This document shows, piece by piece, positions 11,531 through 21,545 of a DNA stretch of 46,760 bases. A program made the translations under genes and the position numbers. Source of the DNA: Hyphomicrobiaceae bacterium (GTDB taxonomy: Bacteria > Pseudomonadota > Alphaproteobacteria > Rhizobiales > Hyphomicrobiaceae); NCBI GenBank assembly GCA_051009955.1, contig JBPCWB010000099.1, positions 1-46,760 of the forward strand, given 5' to 3'. Each line of letters starts with the position of its first letter. Position 1 is the first letter of the stretch. The notes under the pieces are model-generated. The model was not told the origin of the DNA, did no database searches, and saw only the letters and a program-made list of their open reading frames with translations.

Positions 11531-13483
11531 CTATTCAGCCCGCTGTTCGTCCGGAGGAACCGCTTCCGCAGCTAATGCCGCTACGGCGTCTTCGAGGCTC
11601 ATGACAGATTGCTTCTGGCTGCCGAGGCGGCGCATTGAAACCGTTCCCTCGTCGGCCTCGCGCTTTCCGATGACCAAGAGAACCGGTACTTTTGCTAACG
11701 AATGTTCACGAACCTTATAATTGATCTTTTCATTCCGAAGGTCAATTTCGGCACTCAAACCGGCCTTTGCAAGGCGCTTCTGCACAGATTCTGCGTAGCC
11801 ATCGGCTTCCGAAACAATGGTGCAGACCATGACCTGGACTGGTGACAGCCAAAGCGGGAAATGCCCGGCGTAGCTCTCGATCAATACACCGAGGAAGCGT
11901 TCCATCGAACCGACGATCGCGCGGTGCAGCATCACCGGACGCTTCTTCTCTCCATCCGCATCAATGTAGAAAGCGTCAAACCGCTCAGGCAGATTGAAAT
12001 CAACCTGATTGGTCCCGCACTGCCACTCACGACCGATCGCATCGCGCAGGACGTATTCGAACTTCGGACCATAGAATGCACCCTCGCCAGGATTCACTGA
12101 CGTAGTAATCTTGCCCTCTGACTCCGCCTCGATGCGTTGGAGGACTTCCGCCATCACTTGCTCGGCGCGGTCCCAGTCCGCGTCGGTGCCGACCCGTTTC
12201 TCCGGACGGGTCGAAAGCTTGACGACAAAATCTTCAAACCCGAAATCACGGTAGACCGACAGAATGAGTTCGTTGATTGCCAGGCATTCCGCCTCGAGCT
12301 GCTCCTCGGTGCAGAACACGTGCGCATCGTCCTGCGTAAAGCCACGGACCCGCAACAGCCCGTGCAGCGCGCCCGACGGCTCATATCGATGGACGCATCC
12401 GAATTCGCTCACGCGATAAGGTAATTCGCGATAGGAGCGCAGGCCGTGCTTAAAGATCTGCACATGGCCCGGGCAGTTCATCGGCTTGATTGCGAACTGC
12501 CGCTCATCCTCCGTGACGGTGGTGAACATGTTCTCGCGATACCAATCCCAATGACCCGACGCCTCCCAAAGAGCCTTATCAAGAATCTGCGGTGCGTTGA
12601 CTTCCCTGTAGCCCGCGTCGTTCTGGCGGCGCCGCATATAGTTCGTCAGGCGCTGGAACAGCTCCCAGCCCTTTGGATGCCAGAATACGACGCCAGGCCC
12701 CTCCTCCTGGAAATGAAATAAATCCATCTCCCGGCCGAGCTTCCGGTGATCGCGCTTCTCCGCCTCCTCCAATCGATGAAGGTAAGCCTTGAGTTCCTTG
12801 TCACTGGCCCAAGCGGTACCATAAATCCGCTGTAGCATCGGATTGTTCGAGTCGCCACGCCAATAGGCACCAGCCAGCTTCATCAACTTGAAAGCATTGC
12901 CGATCTTGCCGGTCGCCGTCATATGCGGGCCGCGGCACAGGTCAAGCCAATCGCCCTGTCGGTAGATCTTGACGTCTTCACCTGCCGGTATGGCGTCGAC
13001 CAATTCGACCTTATAGTGCTCACCGACCTTGGCGAAATGAGCTTTGGCCGCGTCGCGCGACCACACATCCTTGGTGAATGGGGCATTGCGTTTGATGATC
13101 TCGCGCATGCGCTCTTCGATGCGCGCCAAGTCATCAGGATGAAAGGGTTCATCACGCGCAAAATCGTAGTAGAACCCATCCTCGATCACGGGGCCAATGG
13201 TCACTTGTGTGCCAGGAAACAGGTCCTGCACCGCCTCTGCCAGGACGTGTGCGCAGTCGTGGCGAATGAGTTCCAGCGCTTCCGGATCCTCGCGCGACAG
13301 GATCTTGACTTCGCAGTCCCGCTCAATCGGGTCGGCTAGATCCGTCAACTCACCGTTGACCAATAAGGCCACGGCGCGCTTTGCCAGCGATTTCGAAATC
13401 TGTGCTGCAAGATCGAATCCGGAGAGCCCCGCCTCATATTCTCGGGCCGCACCATCAGGAAATGTCAGGGAAATGTTGCTCAC
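11531..13483 (-). CDS. thrS: Threonine--tRNA ligase
   Basis: 650 aa, starting at GTG with AGGA 7 nt upstream. It contains TGS, editing (HDCAHVL), class II catalytic and anticodon-binding domains. Confidence 0.95.
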   Translation of the reverse strand: MSNISLTFPDGAAREYEAGLSGFDLAAQISKSLAKRAVALLVNGELTDLADPIERDCEVKILSREDPEALELIRHDCAHVLAEAVQDLFPGTQVTIGPVIEDGFYYDFARDEPFHPDDLARIEERMREIIKRNAPFTKDVWSRDAAKAHFAKVGEHYKVELVDAIPAGEDVKIYRQGDWLDLCRGPHMTATGKIGNAFKLMKLAGAYWRGDSNNPMLQRIYGTAWASDKELKAYLHRLEEAEKRDHRKLGREMDLFHFQEEGPGVVFWHPKGWELFQRLTNYMRRRQNDAGYREVNAPQILDKALWEASGHWDWYRENMFTTVTEDERQFAIKPMNCPGHVQIFKHGLRSYRELPYRVSEFGCVHRYEPSGALHGLLRVRGFTQDDAHVFCTEEQLEAECLAINELILSVYRDFGFEDFVVKLSTRPEKRVGTDADWDRAEQVMAEVLQRIEAESEGKITTSVNPGEGAFYGPKFEYVLRDAIGREWQCGTNQVDFNLPERFDAFYIDADGEKKRPVMLHRAIVGSMERFLGVLIESYAGHFPLWLSPVQVMVCTIVSEADGYAESVQKRLAKAGLSAEIDLRNEKINYKVREHSLAKVPVLLVIGKREADEGTVSMRRLGSQKQSVMSLEDAVAALAAEAVPPDEQRAE

Positions 13484-13821
13484 GTTGAATTCCTCTCACT
13501 CACTGCAAACCAAGCAGGTAAGATGGCCGCCTATGGGCGGCGGTAATGGCGATCGACCGAGACCCTATCCGGACTCCGGGCGTCGCAACGGCCCGTCCTA
13601 AGCGAACCGCAACGCGTCTGCAAGCCCACAACCACCTAGGTGCGACCGCAAACACCATCGTGCGACAACCTGCAGCCGGCGCTGCACGAGCCGGCAATAC
13701 CGCTTTCGGCCCAGCGTTGAAGCTGGGAAACACAGTGGGTTTAGTGGCGATGATCGTGGGTCGACTGCTCAAGTGGTGGGCTGATCCGGTCGGATCAAGA
13801 TCCGGTGTACGGCAGGGCCAG

Positions 13822-13842
13822 AAAACTGCTCGGCCGCAGCAG
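13822..13842 (-). terminator. Possible intrinsic terminator after the TRAP binding-protein gene
   Basis: The minus-strand sense reads CTGCT-GCGGCCG-AGCAG followed by TTTTC, about 50 nt downstream of the stop codon. The stem is short (5 bp), so support is weak. Confidence 0.35.
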
Positions 13843-13891
13843 CGCCCACTCAGGGCCCGATGGCCAGAAGGGTTTCCCGCGCATCCCTGGT

Positions 13892-14980
13892 CTAGGAGCG
13901 GGTGATCGCCCGGTAGGCCACATAACTAACATCGGATACCCGCTGCCACTCCGACACGCGATCACCGAATTGCTTGAAACTATCAAGGACTCTTCGACCC
14001 AAATCGTCCGTATTGCCAACTTCCTCGATGACTTCGCGGGAGGTCTTGGCAATCTCGGTCCAAACGTCCTGTGGCACGATATGCAGCTGCACGCCCTCGT
14101 TCAGTCGCAAGTCCGCCAATGCATCACCATTGTTGGCGTTATACTCAGCCAACATCAGATTATTCGCTGCCGTGGCCGCAGTCTCAAAGATCGCTCTGTC
14201 CGTATCACCGAGGCTCTGCCAAAACCCGCGATTGAGGCCGAGACAAATCCCCGTTCCGGGCTCCTGGAAGCCTGGGAACATATAATGCTGCAGGTATTTG
14301 TGCAGCCCGAAGGCCCGGTCGTTGTAGGGACCAACCCACTCGGCAGCGTTGATGCGGCCGGAAGCCAGTGCCTCGGGAATTTCACCGCCAGGCAGCGTCA
14401 CTGCCTCGCCGCCGAGACGTTTCACGACCTCGCCGCCGAGACCCGGGATACGCATCTTCAGCGACTTTATATCGTCCAGCGACTTGATCGGTTTCTGGAA
14501 CCATCCGCCCATCTGGACGCCGGTATTGCCGGCGAGAAACGGTTTGATACCGAATTGCGCAGAAAGTTCGTCCCACAACTGTTGTCCGCCACCAAACCGG
14601 ATCCAGGCGTCCAGCTCCAAAGCCGTCATTCCCATCGGCACGGATGTGAAGAAGTTGTACGCCTTATGACGTTCTTGCCAGTAGTAGTCTGCCCCGTGAT
14701 ACATCTGCGCGTCGCCTCGCGCCACGGCATCAAACGCCTCGAATGCTGGCACGAGTTCGCCGGCGGCAAAGAGCTTGATCTTCATCAGGCCACCGGAAAG
14801 ACGCGTGATCATATCGGCGACATTCTGGGCCCCTGTGCCGAGGCCGGGAAAATCCCGTGGCCACGTCGTCACCATCTTGAATTCTCTGAAACCCTGGACA
14901 ATTGCCGGTGCCGCTAGCGCGCTGGTGCCGCCGGTTGCCACGACCGCACCTGCGCTTTGGAAAAATGTCCGGCGATCCAT
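13892..14980 (-). CDS. TRAP transporter substrate-binding protein (DctP family) with Tat signal
   Basis: Start placed at the internal ATG 14980 (MDRRTFFQSAGAVVATGG...APAIVQG), which gives a twin-arginine signal. The body is DctP-like (FKMVTTWPRDFPGLG..., GEIPEALASGRINAAEWVGPYND). Confidence 0.85.
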   Translation of the reverse strand: MDRRTFFQSAGAVVATGGTSALAAPAIVQGFREFKMVTTWPRDFPGLGTGAQNVADMITRLSGGLMKIKLFAAGELVPAFEAFDAVARGDAQMYHGADYYWQERHKAYNFFTSVPMGMTALELDAWIRFGGGQQLWDELSAQFGIKPFLAGNTGVQMGGWFQKPIKSLDDIKSLKMRIPGLGGEVVKRLGGEAVTLPGGEIPEALASGRINAAEWVGPYNDRAFGLHKYLQHYMFPGFQEPGTGICLGLNRGFWQSLGDTDRAIFETAATAANNLMLAEYNANNGDALADLRLNEGVQLHIVPQDVWTEIAKTSREVIEEVGNTDDLGRRVLDSFKQFGDRVSEWQRVSDVSYVAYRAITRS

Positions 14981-15361
14981 TGCTCCTGCCCCCCAAAAGC
15001 AACTTGGCACGCTCCATCGACGGCGTGACTCATTGTTTGCAACCCACGCAGTCCAGATCATTCAAGATGATGGCGAAATCCAGTATGCGGTCAAAAATAT
15101 TGCAACAGCAGCCTGATAATCGGTGTTCACGATGGCTTTTCAGCCTCGGTCGGCGCGGGGCCGCCCTGAATAGAGCGGCTCGCGCGCAGTTGAGCACCTA
15201 TGGCCACGACAAATATACGTCTTGAAAATTCCGCATTCTGAGCGTTATCAGGAACCGAATGCACGCACACCCGTATGTTGCATAGGCAGTTTAGCTATGA
15301 ATTTACGGGAAGATCTTGTTGCGGTACGCTGAAATGCACTAGGCTGATCCATCATCTTTTT

Positions 15362-16525
15362 ATGTCGCAAGTTCCCTGGGGGGGTTTCGTTGTGCGCTGC
15401 CTGGTTTGCGTTCTAGCCATGACATGCTGCGGTTTGCTCTTCGGGCTGCCAGCAGCTGCGCAGACGGCGCAACCGCAAACGAACATTTATGCCAAGTTTC
15501 GTGACGACATAAACAAGAATGTCGTGACCATCATATCTAGCGAACCGAAAGGCGGCTTTGTTTTCTCCGCCCATGACATCGCCGCAGTTTTCGAACGCAA
15601 GACCGATATGCGGGTTATTCCCATGGTCGGCCAAGGCGGTGCGCAGAATGTCAAGGACGTGCTGTACCTTCGCGGCGTGGATATGGGCATCATGCATCCA
15701 CACGTCATCAAGTACTATGACCAGAATGGGCTGATCGGCCCCGAAGTTGCAAAGCGCATTGCATACATCACTTTGCTCTTCACAGACGAGCTGCACGTCG
15801 TCGTGCGACCGGAAATCAAGAGCTTCGACGATCTGCGCGGCAAGCGTATTAATTTCAGCAACAACGGCAGCAGTACCCAGATCGCCATGCGCCTGATCTT
15901 CAAGGCTATGAAGATGAAGGTTGAAGAGCTCAATATGGGTCAGGCCGACGCCTTCGAAATGATGAAACGCGGCGAACTCGACGCAACCACATGCGCTTGC
16001 TCCAAGCCGTTGCGATCGGTGCGCACGCCGCTCACGGGTAGCGGGTTTAAATTCCTCACCGTGCCGCACACGAATGAACTCAAAGATGTTTTTCTGCCCG
16101 GCAGTCTGACGTCGAGCGACTATCCCGAGCTGATACCGGCTGGCCAAAACATCGACACCATTGCCATTCAGACCATCCTCGGTGTTTACAACTGGAAGTC
16201 GACCACAACACCGCGCTATCGCAAGATCTCGGACTTTGTCAGGACGTTCTTCGACAATGTCGAGGAATTTGGCAAACGACCACGGCAGCCACAGTGGCGC
16301 CCAATAGATGTCGCGGCCAACATCAAGGGATTGCAGCGGTTCGGGCCCGCGCAAGACTGGTTGGCCAAGCGAGCCACGACTGTTGCAACGAAACTGAAGC
16401 CGGCCTCCGGCACACCGTCGGCGCAGCGCCAAGCGGCGAGCGCAGCGCCATCTAGCCCTGCGGACCAAGCAAAACTCTTCAGGCAATTTCTCAACTGGGT
16501 GAAACAGCAACCGCAAAGGCAATAG
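15362..16525 (+). CDS. Periplasmic solute-binding protein, TAXI/NMT1-like
   Basis: Start placed at ATG 15362 (MSQVPWGGFVVRCLVCVLAMTCCGLLFGLPAAAQ), giving a signal peptide. The body resembles TAXI-type TRAP/ABC receptors. The C-terminal tail is low-complexity and Ala/Ser/Pro/Gln-rich. Confidence 0.6.
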   Translation: MSQVPWGGFVVRCLVCVLAMTCCGLLFGLPAAAQTAQPQTNIYAKFRDDINKNVVTIISSEPKGGFVFSAHDIAAVFERKTDMRVIPMVGQGGAQNVKDVLYLRGVDMGIMHPHVIKYYDQNGLIGPEVAKRIAYITLLFTDELHVVVRPEIKSFDDLRGKRINFSNNGSSTQIAMRLIFKAMKMKVEELNMGQADAFEMMKRGELDATTCACSKPLRSVRTPLTGSGFKFLTVPHTNELKDVFLPGSLTSSDYPELIPAGQNIDTIAIQTILGVYNWKSTTTPRYRKISDFVRTFFDNVEEFGKRPRQPQWRPIDVAANIKGLQRFGPAQDWLAKRATTVATKLKPASGTPSAQRQAASAAPSSPADQAKLFRQFLNWVKQQPQRQ

Positions 16526-16747
16526 CAACGAGCCGCCACAGCAAACGAAACCGTCACCATGATTGAACAACACGGATGCGGACAATCTGGCTTGATTGGC
16601 CAAGCAGCAATCGACTCGCACACGACGTCTCGACGAGCTGCACGACTTTTGGTTTGTCTTCTCGTCGCGGGCACGGCATGAGCGAGCCACGCATCGAATG
16701 GTGGTGCTCAAGTTGGAGACAAGGCCACGCTCATTGTTGCCGAGCGC

Positions 16748-17542
16748 ATGCTTATCGAGGTCAACAAAGAAGTCCCAGTTGCGATCCAGCTCGACGCGAC
16801 TGACGGGCTTCCACCGGACAGTTTCATACGCATCGTCGGACTGCCGGACGGCGCAATGCTGACCGAGGGCCATCGCGTGTCCGAGCGCACCTGGGCCGTA
16901 CCATTGGCAAGGCTGATGCGTTTGCGGCTCAAGATCTCGCAAACGCTCGACGCTACGCGCATTCTCAAAGTCCTGCTCGTTTCACTCGATGGCCGGGTCC
17001 ATGCCGAAAGCGCAATCACTCTGATGGCACCGCCGAAACCGGTTATACCACCAAAACCGGTCACACCGGCTCAAAAACAAGCCAGCCAGGCCCGCCAGCG
17101 CGCCGCCGACGTCATGCGCGCGACCTCACGATTATCCGTCGGCAATACGACGCCACCGTCTTCATTGGGCAACCCCCCGCAAAATACTACAACCACAGCC
17201 AAGCTGACACCAACACGCCCAGCCCCGTTGCCGCCAGCCGCGAAACCGCCGCCGCAGTCACCACAGCAATTGCGCGCCGGACGCTTCCTCAAGAGAGGTA
17301 ACAGCTTCCTTCTCGAAGGTGACGTCAACGCTGCGCGGCAATTCTATCGTCGTGCGGCCGACATCGGCTCGGCCTTGGCTGCCATGGCCATGGCCTCGAC
17401 GTATGACCCCAACGAGCTCACATCACTGGGCATTCTCGATCTTCCTGCGGACGTTGAGGAGGCGCGAAAGTGGTACGAAAAAGCAAAAACCCTGGGCGCC
17501 GCGTCGGCCCAGGCCCGGATTGACCGACTTGCCGCGCAATAG
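16748..17542 (+). CDS. Sel1-repeat (TPR-like) protein with Pro-rich linker
   Basis: 264 aa. The C-terminus carries Sel1-type repeats (ARQFYRRAADIGSALAAMAMASTY..., EEARKWYEKAKTLGAASAQARI). The central region is a Pro-rich linker that includes the tandem repeat PPKPVIPPKPVTP. G/C-rich third positions are consistent with real coding sequence. Confidence 0.7.
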   Translation: MLIEVNKEVPVAIQLDATDGLPPDSFIRIVGLPDGAMLTEGHRVSERTWAVPLARLMRLRLKISQTLDATRILKVLLVSLDGRVHAESAITLMAPPKPVIPPKPVTPAQKQASQARQRAADVMRATSRLSVGNTTPPSSLGNPPQNTTTTAKLTPTRPAPLPPAAKPPPQSPQQLRAGRFLKRGNSFLLEGDVNAARQFYRRAADIGSALAAMAMASTYDPNELTSLGILDLPADVEEARKWYEKAKTLGAASAQARIDRLAAQ

Positions 17543-17598
17543 CCGACGGCCCGTGCGTGATCTCTTGGGCGAATGCTACCGGTCTTGGGGAAGCCAAT

Positions 17599-17943
17599 TC
17601 AGCGCTCAGCGTCTCGGGCTCTCCAATCCACGAGCGTGGTCTTCCGCGACCACCGACCGTACATCCATGGCCGGAAATAGTGGCGCTCGCGCCTTATGTC
17701 TGGAACGGGATCAAATCCCGCCGACCCCCACGGCTGACACCTGCTGAGCCGTGAAACAGTCAACCAGAAACCGCGCCAGGCGCCATTACGCTCGATCGCC
17801 TCGATGGCGTAGTCCGAGCATGTTGGCAGGTGGCGGCACGGCCAGCCGAGCCACGGCCTCAATGTCCAACGGTAGACATGAATCGGCGCTTTCAGCACCC
17901 ACGCAGCGATCCTGGCGATGCGGCCACGCTTTGCGGCAGACAT
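17599..17943 (-). CDS. yidD: Membrane protein insertion efficiency factor YidD
   Basis: Contains the YidD signature ...YRWTLRPWLGWPCRHLPTCSDYAIEAIERNGAWRGFWLTVSRLSRCQPW. I chose the ATG at 17943, one nt after the upstream gene's stop. The longest possible ORF would begin at 17985. Confidence 0.85.
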   Translation of the reverse strand: MSAAKRGRIARIAAWVLKAPIHVYRWTLRPWLGWPCRHLPTCSDYAIEAIERNGAWRGFWLTVSRLSRCQPWGSAGFDPVPDIRRERHYFRPWMYGRWSRKTTLVDWRARDAER

Positions 17944-17944
17944 C

Positions 17945-18445
17945 TCAACTGACGGCGGTCGATTTCGCGGCATGTTGCGTCGCACCTTCCACCATATCTA
18001 TGGCGCGCTCGACGGCATCAAAAATCAATAGTGTTGAGGCGTGCCGTGCCTTGTAGGGCCGCACAGGCTCAAGCAGCGCGAGATCCGCCCAGCGCCCAGT
18101 CGGTGGTGGGCCGTTTTCCTTCAACATCACCCGCATCTGGGCGGCAATTGCACGAAATTCTCCGAACGGCGTGCCGATGATTTCCCGCCCCACGATCGAA
18201 GCCGAAGCCTGGCCCAGTAAGCACGCTTTCACCGTCTGACCAAAACCGACAATCCGATCATCCTCAACCGCAATTTCGACACTCACCGTCGAACCACAGA
18301 GTTTCGAATGGGCGGACGCTCGCGCATCCGGCGCACTGATCGCCCCGGAAAGAGGTATATCAGCAGCGAGATCCAGCAGCCGGGCGCTGTAGACATCATT
18401 GAGATCAGCCATTCTTACCTGTCCAGAGTGCTGCTGCTGAGCCAA
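17945..18445 (-). CDS. Iron-sulfur cluster assembly scaffold protein (IscU/NifU N-terminal-like)
   Basis: 166 aa with ...AHSKLCGSTVSVEI...VKACLLGQASASI..., the pattern seen in alphaproteobacterial NifU-N-like scaffold proteins. Confidence 0.8.
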   Translation of the reverse strand: MAQQQHSGQVRMADLNDVYSARLLDLAADIPLSGAISAPDARASAHSKLCGSTVSVEIAVEDDRIVGFGQTVKACLLGQASASIVGREIIGTPFGEFRAIAAQMRVMLKENGPPPTGRWADLALLEPVRPYKARHASTLLIFDAVERAIDMVEGATQHAAKSTAVS

Positions 18446-18563
18446 AGCGAGTGGTTAGAGCTCGTCTTCTGGTCTATATAATCCAATTCCGCGTACTCGC
18501 CACTATCTGCGAACAACGGTCCTAACGTCGTCTCTCCAGTTGGAATTCAATTCAGTCGCCATT

Positions 18564-19202
18564 ATGTCACAGACCAAGCCACTCTCGCATCTGACGCACA
18601 GCCTGCCGTCAAACGCGCAAAAACCGTCACGTTCAGAGGCCGAAGCTGCCGTCCGGACCCTTTTGGCATGGGCCGGCGAGGACCCGGATCGCGAAGCTCT
18701 ACGGGATACGCCAAGTCGCGTTGTCGAGGCATACCTGGAGTACTTTCGCGGATACAATGAGGATCCGGTCGCCTGGCTCGCCGACTCCGATATCCAGATG
18801 TCACGCAGTTATGATGACATGATTTTGTTGACCGGCATCCGTGTCCAAAGTTTCTGCGAGCACCATATGACACCGTTCGAAGGCACCGCGAGCATCGCTT
18901 ATGTGCCGGACAGACGGATCATCGGCTTGTCACGTCTTGCCCGCGTTGTCGATACCTATGCGCGCCGCCTGCAGACCCAGGAAAGCTTGACGGCTCAGAT
19001 CGGTTGGGCGATTCAGACAGGCCTGGAACCGCTGGGCGTCGCCATTTTGATCTCGGCCGAGCATCAATGCGTCTCCTTCCGTGGAATCCGCCAATCCGGC
19101 CTTAAAACTTTGACTTCACGGTTCACAGGTGCGTTTGACAATGATCCGTCATTGCGTTCGCGGTTTCTAACTCTTTCCGGCCACGAGCACAGTCAGATCT
19201 GA
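18564..19202 (+). CDS. folE: GTP cyclohydrolase I
   Basis: Start placed at ATG 18564. FolE motifs are present: FCEHHMTPFEG, IGLSRLARVVD and RRLQTQESLTAQI. Confidence 0.9.
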   Translation: MSQTKPLSHLTHSLPSNAQKPSRSEAEAAVRTLLAWAGEDPDREALRDTPSRVVEAYLEYFRGYNEDPVAWLADSDIQMSRSYDDMILLTGIRVQSFCEHHMTPFEGTASIAYVPDRRIIGLSRLARVVDTYARRLQTQESLTAQIGWAIQTGLEPLGVAILISAEHQCVSFRGIRQSGLKTLTSRFTGAFDNDPSLRSRFLTLSGHEHSQI

Positions 19203-19308
19203 GTGCGACACGCGGCGACGGTTCCGGCAATGCCGTTCGGCCTGTTCGACAGCGACATGCAGACAAGGCGCCGGGATCAACTTACATAAACGTCGAGACC
19301 TTTAGCCG

Positions 19309-19734
19309 ATGCCGACATCATTTCAGCCCTTTGCCAAGACCACATCAAAATCCGAAGCCGAGACGACCAGATCGTTCCAGCCAAGATTTGATGATCACGG
19401 CCTCATTCCGGCAATTGTGTCGGACGATACGGGCGGCGAGATCTTGATGTTCGCGTGGATGAATAGTGATGCGCTCGACCAGACTCTACAGACTGGAACC
19501 GCACACTTCTGGAGTCGTTCTCGCCGAAAGATCTGGAAGAAAGGCGAGGAGAGCGGCAACACGCTCGCAGTTCGTGAAATGCTGACCGACTGCGATCAGG
19601 ACGTGATTTGGTTACGCGTCAGTGTTGCCGGTGATGGCGTCGCCTGCCACACCAATCGGCGTTCATGTTTCTATCGGATTGTTCGGCCGACGGACCATCC
19701 CGGCAGGCTCGAGCTTGTTTATAAGGCCGACTGA
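19309..19734 (+). CDS. hisI: Phosphoribosyl-AMP cyclohydrolase
   Basis: 141 aa with GLIPAIV...MFAWMNSDAL..T...G.AHFWSRSRRKIWKKGEESGN and the DCDQD...V...G.ACH motif. Confidence 0.9.
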   Translation: MPTSFQPFAKTTSKSEAETTRSFQPRFDDHGLIPAIVSDDTGGEILMFAWMNSDALDQTLQTGTAHFWSRSRRKIWKKGEESGNTLAVREMLTDCDQDVIWLRVSVAGDGVACHTNRRSCFYRIVRPTDHPGRLELVYKAD

Positions 19735-19921
19735 TGGACCGTCGATTGACCTAATGGGCGTTGCAAGTTTGCCGGAGCGCAAAAAATGCGCGATTTGCCC
19801 ATAACCAGCGGCATTGATTTAGGCTACAATAATCACAGAATCGCATGCGGTTACGGGGGATGCAGACGGCATGCAGACCAAAGTCATATTGCGCCTTGCT
19901 GAGTGATATTGGGTCTTGGGG

Positions 19922-20884
19922 ATGTCAACGCCAAAAATTGGGATTGCCTTCGGTGGGGGCGCAGCACGTGGCTGGGCGCATATCGGCGTGCTACGTGCGC
20001 TGCTGGCGGCCGGCATTCAGCCTCATTTCATTTCCGGTGCCTCGATCGGTGCCGTCGTGGGCGGCTGTTATGCAGCAGGACACTTGGATGATTTGGCAGG
20101 GTTCGCCAGTAAGCTGACTCGCCGATCGGTCTTCAGTTACTTCGATCTAAACCTGTCGGGCTCTGGACTGATCAACGGCAACCGGCTCGGGCAGGCGCTG
20201 GACATCGCGCTGGGCGAGACAACGATCGAAAGCCTCGATATTCCCTTCACAGCCGTTGCGACCGAGATTGGCACAGGTCACGAAGTTTGGCTGTCCCGCG
20301 GATCGCTCGTCGAAGCCATGCGCGCGTCTTACGCCATCCCAGGGGTCTTTCGGCCAGTGCGGTTCGACGGACGCTGGTTGTTCGATGGCGCCTTGGTCAA
20401 CCCCATTCCCGTCACCGTATGCCGGGCAATGGGCGCGCAATATGTCATTGCGGTCAATCTCAACTCGGATTTGTTTGGCCTAGGGACTGTTCTGGCCGAT
20501 ATCGAAGCCACGCGTGAACAACCGGAAGCGATCGAGCAGCCCCCAACAGTTCCGTCAAACGGCTGGGGTGCCCGCAATCTCTTGAAGCGGCAAATTTTCG
20601 GTCGGGCTCAATCAGGCGCCGAAGCGGCTCCAAGCATCTCCACCGTCATGGTTGACGCCTTCAATATCGTGCACGATCGAATCGCGCGCTCACGGCTCGC
20701 CGGAGACCCACCAGACGTCATGATCAGCCCGCGCTTATCCGGCGTCGGTTTGTTCGAGTTCCATCGCGCCGATGAGATGATCGAACGCGGCCAAATGGCT
20801 GCCGAACGAGTCCTGAGCGACGTCAAGCACGATCTTGATCATTCACCGCCGATATCACGTCCTACGGTCGTCGCGGACGGCTGA
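19922..20884 (+). CDS. Patatin-like phospholipase family protein (RssA-like)
   Basis: Contains the oxyanion motif GIAFGGGAARG, the nucleophile elbow GASIGA, and a catalytic Asp context (LFDGALVNPIP). Start placed at the first ATG; the ORF-track start at 19916 is a TTG. Confidence 0.85.
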   Translation: MSTPKIGIAFGGGAARGWAHIGVLRALLAAGIQPHFISGASIGAVVGGCYAAGHLDDLAGFASKLTRRSVFSYFDLNLSGSGLINGNRLGQALDIALGETTIESLDIPFTAVATEIGTGHEVWLSRGSLVEAMRASYAIPGVFRPVRFDGRWLFDGALVNPIPVTVCRAMGAQYVIAVNLNSDLFGLGTVLADIEATREQPEAIEQPPTVPSNGWGARNLLKRQIFGRAQSGAEAAPSISTVMVDAFNIVHDRIARSRLAGDPPDVMISPRLSGVGLFEFHRADEMIERGQMAAERVLSDVKHDLDHSPPISRPTVVADG

Positions 20885-20893
20885 AATCGCCTC

Positions 20894-20911
20894 GACCCGG
20901 CTTACCGGGTC
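20894..20911. terminator. Possible bidirectional terminator hairpin between convergent genes
   Basis: A perfect 7-bp stem, GACCCGG-CTTA-CCGGGTC, lies in the 26-nt gap between the patatin and CBS gene ends. The flanking U-tracts are poor. Confidence 0.35.
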
Positions 20912-21339
20912 TATCCTGCGACGTAGGTCTTAAGCGCATTCGCCTCCATCTCGACCGCAGCGATATGGTCCTTGACGATGTCGCCAATCGACACGATCCC
21001 GACGAGTCGGCCATCAGCGACCACCGGCACGTGACGGAAACGACCTTCGGTCATGACCTCCATGATCCGGGTCGTACTGTCGCTTTCGCTGCAGGTGATG
21101 ACATTGGGCGTCATGATATTGCCGACCGGTTCCGTCAGGCAGGCGGCACCGCGGTTGGCAATGGCCCACATAACGTCGCGCTCCGATACGATCCCCATGA
21201 CGCGGTTTTCATCCTCGACAATGACCACCGCACCAATGCGGCGCTCGGCGAGGTCCCTGACCACGTCTTGGATCAGAGTCGTCGGTTGTTCGACGACGAC
21301 CCCACGCCCCTTGATTTTCAGAATGTTGGCAACATTCAT
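20911..21339 (-). CDS. CBS domain pair protein
   Basis: Start placed at ATG 21339, with GGAGG 8 nt upstream. The product starts MNVANILKIKGRGVV... and has two CBS motifs (RIGAVVIVEDENRVMGIVSERD; RFRHVPVVADGRLVGIVSIGD). Confidence 0.85.
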   Translation of the reverse strand: MNVANILKIKGRGVVVEQPTTLIQDVVRDLAERRIGAVVIVEDENRVMGIVSERDVMWAIANRGAACLTEPVGNIMTPNVITCSESDSTTRIMEVMTEGRFRHVPVVADGRLVGIVSIGDIVKDHIAAVEMEANALKTYVAG

Positions 21340-21545
21340 GTCCATCGCCTCCAGTGGCTGGGCGGCTGAGGGCTGACGACCGGACATTCAAGACACCGAT
21401 TTGCTGACCGTTGAAGGTTCGCAATCCGCATCACGTCGGCCGCAGCTCAACTCGGCCCGAAACAGGTGCAGCATTCGCCACACACATCTAAGCTGCGGCA
21501 TTTTGGGAGTGAAGGCAAGTACACGCAGCAACTGAATTTGCGGCG

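Noticed and set aside
13805-14917. 370-aa plus-strand ORF
   Set aside because: It is antisense to the DctP-type TRAP binding protein, which has a clean Tat signal and family motifs. The plus-strand translation has no recognisable features.
15413-16942. 509-aa minus-strand ORF
   Set aside because: It is antisense to the TAXI-like binding-protein gene and runs on into the Sel1 gene. The translation is Cys/Arg-rich with no domain signature, whereas the plus-strand genes have signal peptides or repeats and normal composition.
19777-19791. GCGCA-AAAAA-TGCGC hairpin after hisI
   Set aside because: The stem is only 5 bp with an A-rich loop and a weak trailing T-tract (GATTTG). This is too marginal to call a terminator.
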